The notes under the pieces: generated by a model | The model's input: the letters and a program-made list of their open reading frames with translations, nothing else | What the model was told of the DNA's origin: nothing | Database searches by the model: none | Shown: piece by piece, positions 22,755-36,930 of the stretch | Layout of the letters: each line of letters starts with the position of its first letter | Position numbering within the stretch: position 1 is the first letter of the stretch | NCBI RefSeq assembly: GCF_031769215.1 | Contig: NW_026782932.1 | Coordinates: 62,001 to 126,000 of the forward strand | Length of the DNA stretch: 64,000 bases | DNA from: Ylistrum balloti | Lineage: Eukaryota | Reading direction: 5' to 3' | Made by a program: the position numbers and the translations under genes

Positions 22755-24897
22755 AAATCTACCACATGGAGTCCCATGGCAATTTGACCAGAGTGGATCA
22801 AACAATGGTAAAGATGTCCAACCTGTTACTGAAGGTGATACCAGCTCACAGCCGGAGGTAGCTGCCACATCAAATAGACACACATACCAACAAGACTGTA
22901 GTCAATATAACAGCCAGGCACCTCCACATCCAGTGGCCCTCACACGTGCACTTTACAAAGACAAAAATGTTCGGCGAATTCGATTACGCCCAAGGCAAAC
23001 CTTGTGTAACAAATGTAAAGCTGTCTGTACTGAAACAGACAAAGGTATTGTGCCAGTCACAGCTGTAACAAAACAACAAAAACCCACACCAGTACACCAG
23101 CCATCTCCTGCACCGATATCGCGTAGGCCTCTCAAGGAAGGGTTGAGGAAACGACCAGCACCACAACCTAGTTCACAACCTCAGACTTATTCATCACGAA
23201 GGAAGTCACTTATTCAGAGCAAACCAGTCTCATCCAGGATTCCATCAAGAACTATGTTAACTCGTAGTGATTCTCTCCCGGAAAGTAGGGTTGTGTTATC
23301 GCGAAGAGTTTCTCTGACTGAATCTAAGACTGTGTCAAGTCGGAGGGAATCTTCTTCTGAACTTAGAAATGTGTTATCACGTAGAGAGTCTCTACCAGAG
23401 AGCAGAATAGTGTTAACTCGTAGGGAATCCCTTACAGATAAAATAGTGTCAAATCGTAAAGACTATAACTCAGAAAGTAAACCTGTGACATCTAGAAGGG
23501 ATTCTAATCCCGAGACTAAACCATTACCATTGCGGAAAGATTCGAATGGTGAAGCAAAGTTATTGACTGCAGTTGTAAATGAGAATAAAATACAGAAATT
23601 AGATAAATCATCAGCAGCTAATACTAAGGCAAGTCCATTGATAAAGATAACAATTGGGGAAGGGACAGTTATCAAGATCCCTCCCCGTATCCATGGTGAT
23701 GAGGTAGATGGAGAGGGACAGAGTCCAGTGAAGACACAAGAGACAGATTCTAATGATCAAACAAGTAGTTCAGAAGAAATGTCACCATACAAAAAGCTTA
23801 AAAGGGCATTTAAAAAACCAAAAGATAAGAAAGATTCAGAAAATAATTCTTCTGGAATTCAAATGTCTTATCTTGTATCTAGTCACCATAAAAAACACAA
23901 GCGGAAACATCGCCATCGTCATGGAAGTCATAGCAATGATAGTGATGTGTTTCAGCCAGAAGGTGATATGTTAGACATGTTTGATGAAAATGGTGAAACT
24001 CATTCAGAAACTACACAAACAGAGGTTATTTCTCAGCGTCCTCGACTCCTTTACACATGGCGACAAAACAAAGGACTTTCACCTAGGCGAGATATCAACA
24101 AAGGGCTTTCACCTCGGCGAGATGTCAACAAAGGGCTTTCACCAAGACAGGAAAACACATCATTCAGTAAGATTGACATATCTATGTCTCCAAAAATAGC
24201 ACCAAACATAGAAAACACTTCATTTGGTAACCTGGACAAGGCTTTGTCTCCTAAAATTAAATCCAATGAAAATGTTGAGGTTCAGAAGAAAGAATATCGA
24301 CTGAGAAGTCGAGAAAGGAATAGTACTGAATCTGAATCTGTGGACTCTGTTATAACAGATGATTCAGAAGAGTCATGTGAGGATGCCGATATGTTAGGTG
24401 ATAGCTTTACAGTAAAGACTGTTCTGGACAGTGAAAATGACCATAGTGCAAAGTCAGAGGAATGTTCGGGAACAGAGGATGAGGAGGGGCCCCCTGGAGA
24501 CACCAATATCGAGTCCCTACGACCTTTGATGATGAAAATTCAGACTCATGATGTCACAAAGTGTGTGGCTACGGATGGTAGGAGTATACATGTAGGGGAC
24601 ATTGTGTGGGGTAAAATACAGGGCTTTCCCTGGTGGCCTGGGCGTGTTCTCTCCATCACTGTAAGTCAGCGTGATAACGGAATCATGATTCGTCAGCTGG
24701 CTCATGTATCCTGGTTTGGGTCATCAACTATGTCTCACATACAGTGTTCAGACTTGTACCCATTCCTTGAAGACTTTAAACTACGGTTTAACAGGAAGAA
24801 ACGTGGGCCTTACAAGATGGCAATTAAACAGGCCACAATAGCCGCACAGAGTATTACTAATACTCACCATATTGACTTCACAGAATTTGACTTATGA
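22755..24897 (+). CDS. PWWP2: PWWP2 coding exon 2, with C-terminal PWWP domain (763 aa total)
   Basis: Acceptor ttttag at 22754. Contains RLRPRQTLCNKCK (as in PWWP2A RPRQVLCDKCK) and the PWWP domain VGDIVWGKIQGFPWWPGRV...VSWFG. Confidence 0.92.
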
Positions 24898-27800
24898 CAG
24901 TAAGTACTTTGGAGTTTAAAGATTCAATTTGTATTTTAGTAATTTAAATAGAATTATTCATTTCATTTATTTTAGAACAATTGCAAGAAGTTATCATTTA
25001 TTAATCACTCTTGTTAGCCAAGATGAAAGCTCGTGAGGGATCTTCAAAATTTTAATATTTAGAAGTTTTAAATTCAAGGAGTTGTTGTCAACTTTTATTG
25101 ATTGAATAATATTAAATACTGAAAATACTCTTGTATATGATGAAAGTGGATGTAATTATAATATGATAATTAGGTACAGAATTATGTATGATTGATCAGA
25201 AACTGTAAGTAGATGAAACACATGCAATGACTTAAGAGTGATCTAGATATGATTAGGATAAAATTAGTAATTAAAATTGCTGATCATTTCAAAATTAATT
25301 TACTGATAAACACTTGCTGTTTACATTTCTATCAGATATGCATTGTTTCAAGATAAATTTACTAATCAAAATGTTTCACATGTTTATATAACACCATATG
25401 TATAATAGCAGAAATTTGTACATAGTAATAATTCCCAGTTGACAACTTATTACAGGTTCTCTCTGTACTTTTAATCAGCTTATGCCAATTATGTCACAAT
25501 GTGGTATGATAATTCTTATTCTGACAGGGATATATCAGTGGCTGAATAGTTGTAATAGCATATAATAAAATTTAAATCCAGGCCTTAGTTGACCAATTCC
25601 TCTTTGTTATAAATATTTTCCGAACACAAATTGTTAAGTGTTTTCTTTGTTATTTTGAATGAATATGTAAAACAGCTCCTTTCTGATAATATGCATCAGA
25701 ATAGCATAGAATTAAGTAAAAACTGTCTTAAAAAGATGTCTTTTACTCCTTAATTAAATAAAAGTTGTTGTAGGAGCTTCCAATTCAGTCTTCAGTAAAC
25801 ATAAGATTGGTGATATGCCCATTTGTGTATCTGTATATTATTACATATTTGTATTAACTATAGTTTGGTGAACTTTGTTGGACACGTCGTTGGTATTTCA
25901 GTATTGTTTGAAATATTATTGACAAAACTAATGAAAGTGATTAGAAACTGAAATAATGTAAATTTCATTATGCATTGACAATAATCATGCCGGATAAAGT
26001 TATGTATATATTGTAGTTCAGTAAAATTACAAGCCTTTTCATTGTCCTTTAAAAAGCTCACCTGCTGACTTTAAGATAATCTCATTAAAATCAGATGTTA
26101 ATGAAATACTTGTACCTACATCTATTGTGGTACATGATGATGGACATATGTGTTTATTGGGATTGACTAAGAATTGATGTGTTGGCCTCCTGGGTTTATC
26201 ATAGGAGGAATGTGGTGATGTGTCTTGTTTGAATATCGTCAGTATCTAAGGGACTTGTTTTGATTGTATATTTATTGTTTTAGTTGCAGATATGTTTGAC
26301 TTTTGGAGACAGATGACCAGAAACCAAGGGCTGTCCTGTTTTTCCTTGGCAAAGTGGACACATGTGCATTGATAAGATATGTTAGTGATATTTCTGAAAG
26401 ATATTTCTACATAACTACAGAGAATGTTCTATAATTATCAGTTGTTCTTTACTAGCTCTTGAACCAAGTACCTGGTACTTGTATTATTTGTCTCTTGGGA
26501 TATAGAAGTGAAACAAGTTTACACAGAAATACAGATGTTTGGTAATGATTACGTGTATGATTTAGCTGTTCTGTTACCATTGATCTTTGGCCAGTTAATG
26601 ACTTTGAGATATTAAAATGACTGCCTTTAGCTCTTTCACTAGACAGGAAGATTTCTCATTAACTAATGTTTATACAAGATTGTTAGGGATTTTATGTAAA
26701 AAGGGCACTTGTTAAATAATCTTTATTAAAACAGCCATTGTTAATTTTATCTTGGTCTGTCCATATGATTGTACTGAAATTGTTCATCCATCCTTTTAGG
26801 TGTTGTATGAGTGTTATATGACTCATTTAAATTGTATGTTAGTAAGTCAAAGTTCCTACCTTACAGCCCCAGCATATGTCTGTGTGTTCATGATATCATT
26901 TAATACTGGTTTTTCATGAATTTTCATCTTCCGTATTAATTAATTCTTGTATACATGTTAAATTTTCTTTACTTTGGGATATTTTTTCACTACTAAAATG
27001 TGTTTTTGCAATCAGAAATTTTAAGAATTAAGGTGTGAAGAATTTTTCTTTAGTTCTTATGATTACTTTGTAATGGTATTCAGGGTTTAGTACGTCTGCA
27101 GTTGGTGCATTGATTTATGTATTTTGTATAATTTTTTATATAAAAATTTCCTGGCTTTACTGTAAGTATCATTTGAAGGTTACTGTATGAATGTGGTATT
27201 AATTAAAAGAAGTAGTTAAAAAAAGATAACTTTTTTCCTGGAATGACACTTTGAAACTTGTCGAGAATAAATTGTCCTGATATCTTATTTAATAATGTTA
27301 TGTATACACTGCACAGAATGTAGCAGTGGTGATGAAGTATAGTTTTGGTAATGTATTGTTTTATATAAAATATCAAAATGCTATATTAATGGTATATGTT
27401 GTTGATGGCTTTGGATGTAATTGTTTGATGGCCTGCATGCACCATCTTTCTGTTGTAGGAACACAAAAAAGTGGATGTGAATGTCACCTTGGAGTGATAT
27501 TCTAGTGCTGTTGAAGTAACATGTTTAGTCACTGATCAAGTGTATATTTACTATGACTCAAAAATAGTAAGGCTAATAGTCTAAGGCCTGAGACATGCAT
27601 TTTCATATGTCTATACTACTTGCAAATATCTTATCATGCTCAAAATATTTAGGATGCATGCTAAGTTAATACTGAAGATAGTGAAGTACTAGTTCCTTTG
27701 ATAATTAGAACTCTTAAATTTTGAATAATGTTATTTATCTGAAGAAAATGTGTTTGTCCTCATATAACTATTATGAAAGATAGTGAAAAGTGCTTTAATT

Positions 27801-30667
27801 CCTTGTCCACTTCAGTAACTTCATAATGTGCTGTTCTGTTGAACTGAGTATCAATCCCCTCTGCAATTCAGCATGTACCCTCCTCGTGCCCAGTGACTGC
27901 TATATTATCCTAACCCCTTATCTGTTGATATGAATGACTATATACACCACTATCCTCTCTACTACACAGCACACTTTACCTGACCTTCGCTTAAGTGTGC
28001 TGCAGTAACTGCCTTAAGTATATATACATGGTAGATAGTCATATGACCAAAAGTGATGCATGTGCCCATAAACACACGAAATGGAGACCAACAAAATTGT
28101 TGAAGTGGCAGTGTTTTCAGGGCAATATTTCTGTGTGTTTTTGATGGTTAAATGACCATCCAGCTATATATACTTTTTTCAAACACTCTGCTGAAGGGAC
28201 AGTAAGTGTTGCTGTTTTCAAATTGAAGACATCTTTGTGAACAGGAATCACCTCTTCTACATATTTGTTGGTTACCATTTTGTGTGTTCATGTGATGGTC
28301 ACTTTATGTCCTATGATTCCCTATCATGATATAATGCTGTGATATAGATGCTTTTGAGATTACAAGAGTTTGTATTTCGATTTACTGTTTATATAATAAA
28401 GGTATTATCACAGGTTAACTTTAACATATCTAATTTTGTTGTAGTTCTTGATGAGTTTATTGTTTTGTTTTTAATCAATGTATGTCTGTCGTTTTTTTTT
28501 TTTTTTTTTTTTATTTTACATTTGTACTTCATATAAGGGGAGATAATTCAATTATTTCCCACTTTCAATAATATGTTGTTTAATTTTGCTTACTGAATGC
28601 AAAATATAAAAAACTATCATATGTTGCAGAATGTTATATCCTGTGCATGTTAATTGTATATCTAGTCTTATGAAAATGTAATTAAATAATTAATTCTTGA
28701 AATCAAATAACACCAAACTTTTCTTTCTAAATATTTCAAACTATTTTGAAGAATCATATAATTACATTGTTTATAATATCATCGAAGCTCTCTTGATTTG
28801 ATAAGTAGTTTGTGATTGTAGGATTCTCTGTTAGCTAATGAATCACAATTTCTGCCTGTGGGTAGTTCAGATGGACTGCAGGTGATGGTAAAATGCTGGT
28901 ACAGGTTTTACAATATATAGAATCATGAAATAAGTAATATAAACTAACAAAGGAAATCCAGGGTTTGAACATCATCCTTTTTTCAGATGAAACTTTGTAC
29001 AAACAAACTATTATAAGGCACATTCAGTGATTTTGGAGTGAAATATATTTTAACTCTCACACTTGGTAGTAGCTTTATAAATGATGTCATGGTACAACTC
29101 GATATTCTACTAAATCGAGCATCTAAATATGACAAATTAGTGCAATATATGTACGGTATGACAATTATGTACACAATTTTGTTCTATCTTTAAGATACAT
29201 GTATTTGATTAAAGTTTGATAGACTAAATAAATTTGGAACTTTCAGTTTATTTACATGTATAATTCTGTCAGATTTTTTTGTATGATTTTCTCACTTTTT
29301 ATCATCGATATATTCATCTTACCATCTGTGTTCAGGCATATTTCATTAGAGATTCAAATGTATACATGAAAAGGGCAGAAAGATGTTATTATTAAGATTT
29401 AAGATGATGATATAGTTTATCTGTACATATGTACAAGTACCTTGTTGCCAAAACATGTGGAATGAAAAATGATTTGGTCGTATACCTCTGACAGGAAAAT
29501 CTCCCCCAGTACCAGTTTTCATTATACCTTGGTCATATTTACATAGATTTGGTGCCAATTTTCAGGTGTGCTCATTTAGTCCTTCATTAAGCTTAAAGTT
29601 AGTTTTCAAGTGTCAGTATTAAAATTGACGGTTCATGACATTTTGAATTTTTCTTTTGATTATGGCATTTGAGGAAGTTCAGTGCACAAAGGAAAGGAAT
29701 TTTTGTATCCCCTTAAACTATTACATATTGAATGCTAGATGAGTAGTTATGTAGATCACACAGGGAAAACTGAAATATACTGTGTAAAAATTTTCCTTTT
29801 TAGTCAGTAAAGTATGTTATAAAATGAGATTTATTTGGATACTTGCTCAAAGTCTAATCGTACATCAATACATCATATCAGTATGTCAAACAGCTAAAGG
29901 AATTCTTGCTTCTTCAGCATCTGATGCATATACCTTGATAAACATGTTCTTATCTTTTCTGCACTCTTGGTACATGTTTATATCAACAACATGGAAGGCT
30001 CCCTGTTTGCCGTTTTGATTGGTCCAAGACATAAATTGATATTTGTTTTCAAGATTTTAAAAAACGTATTAGTAACCAAAGTCAGTCAATATTTCTTGCT
30101 GGTCCAATACAATTTTCCTTTAAGCTTTATCCAAGAAACAACTTGGTATGCAGGACTTCTGAGCAGTTTTCAGACTAATTGACTCTTAGGATCTTCAACA
30201 TGGAATAGACTCCTTAGATCTTTTCATGACATGTTCCAAGGTGCACCGAAGGTAAAGATAAAACCCTTAGATTTTGAAGCTGCTACTGATTTAGGAATAG
30301 TAATCATATTCATTTTGATTAACATTAAACAGAAAGAAATAATTTGTAAATTAACTTTCAAAATTCTGTATCATGGGAAAGAGACATTATCATGTTCTTT
30401 CAAAAATGATCCTGTATGAAAGAGTTGTGCCTTGAATGGAACTTTCTTTTTGCATTTTTGTTACGGTCTTGGATGTAACCATAGTCTTGGGATTTATTCA
30501 ATGAACAGAATTGATTGTGAAACTTTTGTTAGATATGTTTATTCTGAAATACTTTTAAGTTGTTTATATTTGTACTGCATTGATTTTTCTTTTCTTTTTT
30601 AGTAGCATTACTTGCATTATTGATGGGTAAATCATGAATAAAAGAATGTAGGATGGCTGTAAGAAAT

Positions 30668-32100
30668 GTCAATACTCCATGATACATAGGATCTACATGT
30701 ATAGGGATGAACTCTGTGATACATAGGATCTCTATATAGGGACAGTCTCCATGATACATAGGATCTACATGTATAGGGACGAACTCTGTGATACATAGGA
30801 TCTCTATATAGGAACAGTCTCCATGATACATAGGATCTACATGTATAGGGACGAACTCTGTGATACATAGGATCTCTAAATAGGGACAGTCTCCATGATA
30901 CATAGGATCTACATGTATAGGGACGAACTCTGTGATACATAGGATCTCTATATAGGGACAGTCTCCATGATACATAGGATCTACATGTACAGGGACGAAC
31001 TCTGTGATACATAGGATCTCTATATAGGGACAGTCTCCATGATACATAGGATCTACATGTATAGGGACGAACTCTGTGATACATAGGATCTCTATATAGG
31101 GACAGTCTCCATGATACATAGGATCTACATGTATAGGGACGGACTCAGTGATACATAGGATCTCTATATAGGGACAGTCTCCATGATACATAGGATCTAC
31201 ATGTATAGGGACGAACTCTGTGATACATAGGATCTCTATATAGGAACAGTCTCCATGATACATAGGATCTACATGTATAGGGACGAACTCTGTGATACAT
31301 AGGATCTCTAAATAGGGACAGTCTCCATGATACATAGGATCTACATATATAGGGATGGACTCAGTGATACATTGGATCTACATGTATAGGGATGGACTCG
31401 GTGATACATAGGATCTCAATATAGGGACAGTCTCCATGATACATAGGATCTACATATATAGGGATGGACTCAGTGATACATAGGATCTACATATATAGGG
31501 ATGGACTCAGTGATACATAGGATCTACATATATAGGGATGGACTCAGTGATACATAGGATCTACATGTATAGGGATGGACTCGGTGATACATAGGATCTA
31601 CATGTATAGGGATGGACTCGATGATACATAGGATCTACATGTAGATGGACAGTCCCCATGATACATAGGATCTACATATATAGGGACAGTCCCCATGATA
31701 CATAGGATCTACATATATAGGGACAGTCCCCATGATACATAGGATCTACATATATAGGGACAGTCCCCATGATACAGGGGATCTACATGTATAGGGACAG
31801 TCCCCATGATACATGGGATCGACATGTATAGGGACAGTCCCCATGATACATAGGATCTACATGTATAGGGACAGTCCCCATGATACATGGGATCTGCATA
31901 TATAGGGACAGTCTCCATGATACATAGGATCTACATATATAGGGACAGTCCCCATGATACATAGGATCTACCTATATAGGGACAGTCCCCATGATACATA
32001 GGATCTACATGTATAGGGACAGTCCCCATGATACATAGGATCTACATATATAGGGACAGTCCCCATGATACATAGGATCTACATATATATGGACAGTCTC
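30668..32100. repeat. Satellite: 72-bp dimeric units changing to 37-bp monomers
   Basis: The 24-codon repeat MYHGDCPYIEILCITEFVPIHVDP gives period 72. The distal unit ccccatgatacataggatctacatatatagggacagt has period 37 and forms the GGGAC-A-GTCCC palindrome across unit junctions. Confidence 0.96.
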
Positions 32101-32920
32101 CCATAAGACTTGTAGAAGTATCTTGTTTTCCATTTTATTTATTAACTGTCAATACCTTACCCATATATCTGAATACAAAGATTGTTTTTTGTGTCTAGAT
32201 AAAGTATGAAACAGGTAGACTTTAATAATAAATCTTTTGCTTATATTAAGAAATTTTCCACTGATGATGGGTTTTAGAATTTGTGCAACTGAATAATGGT
32301 ATCAATTAATCCATATAAGGAGAAATGTTAATTTGCAGTCCGGGAGCTACCCACTTTCTTTATTACAAGTGAGAAGGAAGTGTAGTTTTGAAGTTTCGTG
32401 GTGTTATAATATAGTATGATATTAATTTGTCTTTCAGATACTTAAAAATTATATCTGACAAAAATGTACATGTATTTTTCAGTCAGTTTCTTTTATTTGA
32501 AAAGTTGCATTACATATCTACTTGGATGATATGGTTGAAACAATTAAGTTTTTATCAGCAGAGTTTGATTTATATGATTTCTTTGTCAGATGTGTTTGGA
32601 TGGGACGAGATGGATTTTGTCGATGGTAAATTAATTATGAATTAAAACCTGATAGATATGGGGAGAGGTTTTGAAAGCTGTGATACAGTGGAACAGATGG
32701 CCAGATAGATTATATTGTTATTACATTTCTCAACTCATTTTACTTCTATGACATTGATGCGTATACATGAATGTAAAAGAAATGTATATATAAGTTGAAA
32801 TTAAAAACCACCTAAGGCAAATTTGACAATGTGGCTCTATTTCTTTTTCATTCTTGAAAAATTCTATAATCAACGGAATCTGCCAGATCTTTGAACTAGT
32901 TTCAGTTATCTAACAAGATA

Positions 32921-33024
32921 CAGTCAAACCTATCCTATATACCACCTCAGTATTATTCAATCTGATAAAATCATAGTAATGGAACTTTCATACCTTGAGT
33001 GGTCTTTATAGACAGGTTTGACTA
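32921..33024. mobile_element. ~104-bp Tc1/mariner-type MITE
   Basis: TA then cagtcaaacct...accac at the left end and gtggtctttatagacaggtttgact at the right end (imperfect TIRs). Confidence 0.5.
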
Positions 33025-33654
33025 GTTTGCTTGGTTAAATATCACCTATGATCAGCCAGGGGAATTTCAAAGAAGAGTCTTCTGGTAGTGAATGGCAGCT
33101 GCCTCATTTAACATAGGAGCAGCCAGTCATCCAGAGCAAGCATGATAAAGCGTCTCGCTTGTTGACACAACCACTAGTGGACAGATTAGTCCATTTCTCA
33201 GCTTCCTCTTCCATAGGAAGTGGAGTGATCAGATTGACTGTAAAACACTTATCGACACTTGAGTGAGTTTAATGTACAAAAGATGACTCAAATCGTCAAG
33301 AACCGTTTATATATGTTTATATATGTTTAAGTGTAAACAGATTATTTAGATGAAACTTTAGAACAAACCAAAAGAACATGAATTTCTTCTGGCAACAACC
33401 AGATAATGATACCAGGCCCTCACATCTTTTCCTTTGTCTATTGCAGACACACCGATGAGAATAACGAACATTGACCTTTATATATGTTGCTTGAGGAAGA
33501 GAATATATACTAGAGATTGTCATGAGATCAATAAAATTAGGCCATACCCTTCACCAACTGCTACATGTATGTTCTCTAACCTGTAGAATTGGTTGTAGAT
33601 TGAGGTAATATTTGCTAGGTTATCTGACCCAATGGTTCAGGATGACCTATAAGC

Positions 33655-34885
33655 CACTATGTTACATCTGTCATCATGCGCCATCCACTGTGTGTAAACT
33701 TTCTATTCAAATGACTTCTTCTTAATACCCAAAAGGTCCAGGATGCTGATATTTGGCCTGTAGCATGATGGAATGAAGGGTTACCAAGATTGTTAAAAAT
33801 GAATGACCTTGACTTACTTTCAAGATCATAGGGGTAAAATATGTTAAAATCTTTAAACAATTTATTCTCAATAATTATAAGGTCAAGGGTGCTGATAACA
33901 GGCTTGAAGCATGCTAGGATGTAGGACTAACAAGTTTGTTGATATGAATGACTTTGACCCACTTTCAAGGTCACAGGTGTCAAATGTGTTATAATGTTTA
34001 AAAACCAAAAGGCCTAGATTGCTTATATTGGGCCTGTAACATGATGGGATGAAGGACTACCAAGTCTGTTAAAATGGATGACCATGACTCATACTTTCAA
34101 AGTCAAGATGTCAAATACATTGTAAGTGAAATATTTTAAACAACATTTTCTCAACGACCAAAAGGCCCATGGAGCTGATATTATGAATGTTGCTTGCTGG
34201 AATTAAGGCCTATCAAATTTATGCAAATGATTGACCTTGACCTACTTTCAAGGTAACAGGTCTCAAATATGTCAAAATTTTCAGACAACTAAAATGTCCA
34301 GGTTGTTGATATTGCCCCTGTAGCATCCTGGGATTAAGGTTTATAAAGTTTGTTGTATTGAATGACCTTGACCCATTTTCAATGTCACAGGGGACAAACG
34401 TGTAAAAATCTTTTAAACAACTTCTTCTCAATAACTAAAAGCCCCAGAGTGCAGATATGCTGGGATGAAAGGGTTATCAATTTTGTTCATTAGATTGACC
34501 TTTTGTTTTCAAAGGTCACATGGGTCAATGTATTAAAATCTTTTAAACAACTTTCAATAATCAGAAAGTCCAAGCTGTTGATATTGGTTCTTTAATATAA
34601 GTGGATGAAGGGCTACCAATTTATAAAAATAATAGATGTTGACCTATATTCAAGATCTCTGGGGTCAAAAGTTGCATGCTTTTTCAACAAGCAATATGTC
34701 TGAAGTAATGGCATTTAATAGACAAAATGGCAAAGAATATGATTTAAAGTTACAGAAAATGTCTTCATGAACCAACAATGCTTTCTATGTAAGGTGTAGA
34801 GTAGTTGAGCAATTTATTTTAGGTCCATTTGGCTTCTTTTATATATACATTGTAGGTCTTTATAGTCGAATAGGCCTCTTGTTAT
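33655..34885 (+). mobile_element. Non-autonomous element with internal ~105-bp subrepeats (HINE/Helentron-like)
   Basis: Repeated module 'cttcttctcaataacc...ggcctgtagcatg...gatgaagggctaccaag...gaatgaccttgacc...tcaaggtcacagggg tcaaa'; ends 'aggcctcttgtt'. Confidence 0.75.
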
Positions 34886-35924
34886 GGATATTGTGATGTT
34901 TAGAATAATCAGATCAACCTCAACATTTAAACAGCACAGGTGGTTGGAAGACAGAAAGAAATGAAAGTACTGACAGTGTTGTGCTTAATCAGCTAAGTGA
35001 TTATTTGGCCTTGTTTATTATGTTCTAAATGTTGAGGAATGATGAATGGACAATTGGCCTCTCCTGGATGACATTTTTATATAAGCATAAATGTAACAAA
35101 ATACTTTTAAAAAACAAGTTGCCAAGTCCTTTAATATCCTTTTCAGATATACTGATATTTGTTGTGCATGTCAACCATATTTGAATAATTTATCTTTATA
35201 CTGCACTTTGACTGTTGTGAATTTTCCATTTCTAGGTAGTAACAATCCTTTTTTGCAACCTGGTGATTACATACAATTGTACAACAATTTATCCGATATT
35301 CTAGGGGTTATTCCCAATAACTTGATTTCTAGGAAACATGTCGACATGTGACAGATAAACTCAGTGTTTTCATTGATGCAGTTTAATGAAGATGCTCTAT
35401 GGTTATGATGTAATCATAACCTTGATCATTGAGAAATCCTCTGATATTCAGTAATTGATTTACCTGAAGGTTTTGTATGCTCATCTGCTCAAGGGACAAG
35501 TGAGCTCTGCTGTGGTGTCATGTTTGTTCTGCTTCAAGTATTTACTTTAAAACATTTTCTTTTCTATAAGAATTACGAGGCCCAGGGTAATTATACTTGG
35601 TTAGTCTACTGAATCATGAAGAAAACTAGGGCCATTGTACTTGACCTGTGGCATGTTGTAATGCAGGACAACCAAATTGAGGGTTGTGATTTTAAGCTAG
35701 TAGGATCCTGGAATGAAAGGATAGCAAGTTTGTTTAAATGAATTATCTTGACCCACTTATTTAGGAATATATACGAAACTAAAAATGTGTAAAAAAATGT
35801 TTAAATGACAAAAAGCCTCTGGGTGTTCTAATGAAGTTCAGCATGCTGGAGTGATATCAAGTTTGCTCAAATGAATGACAGTAATCCATGTCCTATGTCA
35901 AAATTTGTATGTCTGTATGTCAAT

Positions 35925-36930
35925 TGGTGGTGACCGCATCAGTCTCTGAATGTCATAATAATCTCTGGTGACCTCATCAATCCATTTGACCTCATCAGTC
36001 TCTGAATGTCATAATAATCTCTGGTGACCTCATCAATCCATTTGACCTCATCAGTCTCTGAATGTCATAATAATCTCTGGTGACCTCATCAATCCATTTG
36101 ACCTCATCAGTCTCTGAATGTCATAATAATCTCTGGTGACCTCATCAATCCATATGACCTCATCAGTCTCTGAATGTCATAATAATCTCTGGTGACCTCA
36201 TCAATCCATTCAACCTCATCAGTCTCTGAATGTCATAATAATCTCTGGTGACCTCATCAATCCATTCAACCTCATCAGTCTCTGAATGTCATAATAATCT
36301 CTGGTGACCTCATCAATCCATTTGACCTCATCAGTCTCTGAATGTCATAATAATCTCTGGTGACCTCATCAATCCATTTGACCTCATCAGTCTCTGAATG
36401 TCATAATAATCTCTGGTGACCTCATTAATCCATTTGACCTCATCAGTCTCTGAATGTCATAATAATCTCTGGTGACCTCATCAATCCATATGACCTCATC
36501 AGTCTCTGAATGTCATAATAATCTCTGGTGACCTCATCAATCCATTCAACCTCATCAGTCTCTGAATGTCATAATAATCTCTGGTGACCTCATCAATCCA
36601 TTCGACCTCATCAGTCTCTGAATGTCATAATAATCTCTGGTGACCTCATCAATCCATTCAACCTCATCAGTCTCTGAATGTCATAATAATCTCTGGTGAC
36701 CTCATCAATCCATTCAACCTCATCAGTCTCTGAATGTCATAATAATCTCTGGTGACCTCATCAATCCATTTGACCTCATCAGTCTCTGAATGTCATAATA
36801 ATCTCTGGTGACCTCATCAATCCATTTGACCTCATCAGTCTCTGAATGTCATAATAATCTCTGGTGACCTCATCAATCCATTTGACCTCATCAGTCTCTG
36901 AATGTCATAATAATCTCTTGTGACATCATC
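35925..36930. repeat. 56-bp minisatellite, ~18 copies
   Basis: Unit gacctcatcagtctctgaatgtcataataatctctggtgacctcatcaatccattt; period 56. Confidence 0.96.

Noticed and set aside
30529-31335. 268-aa ORF of 24-aa Cys/His-containing repeats
   Set aside because: It coincides exactly with the 72-bp satellite; no splice or homology support.
33050-33260. GC-richer patch as an alternative PWWP2 3' exon
   Set aside because: Short open frames, weak acceptor and no recognisable homology.
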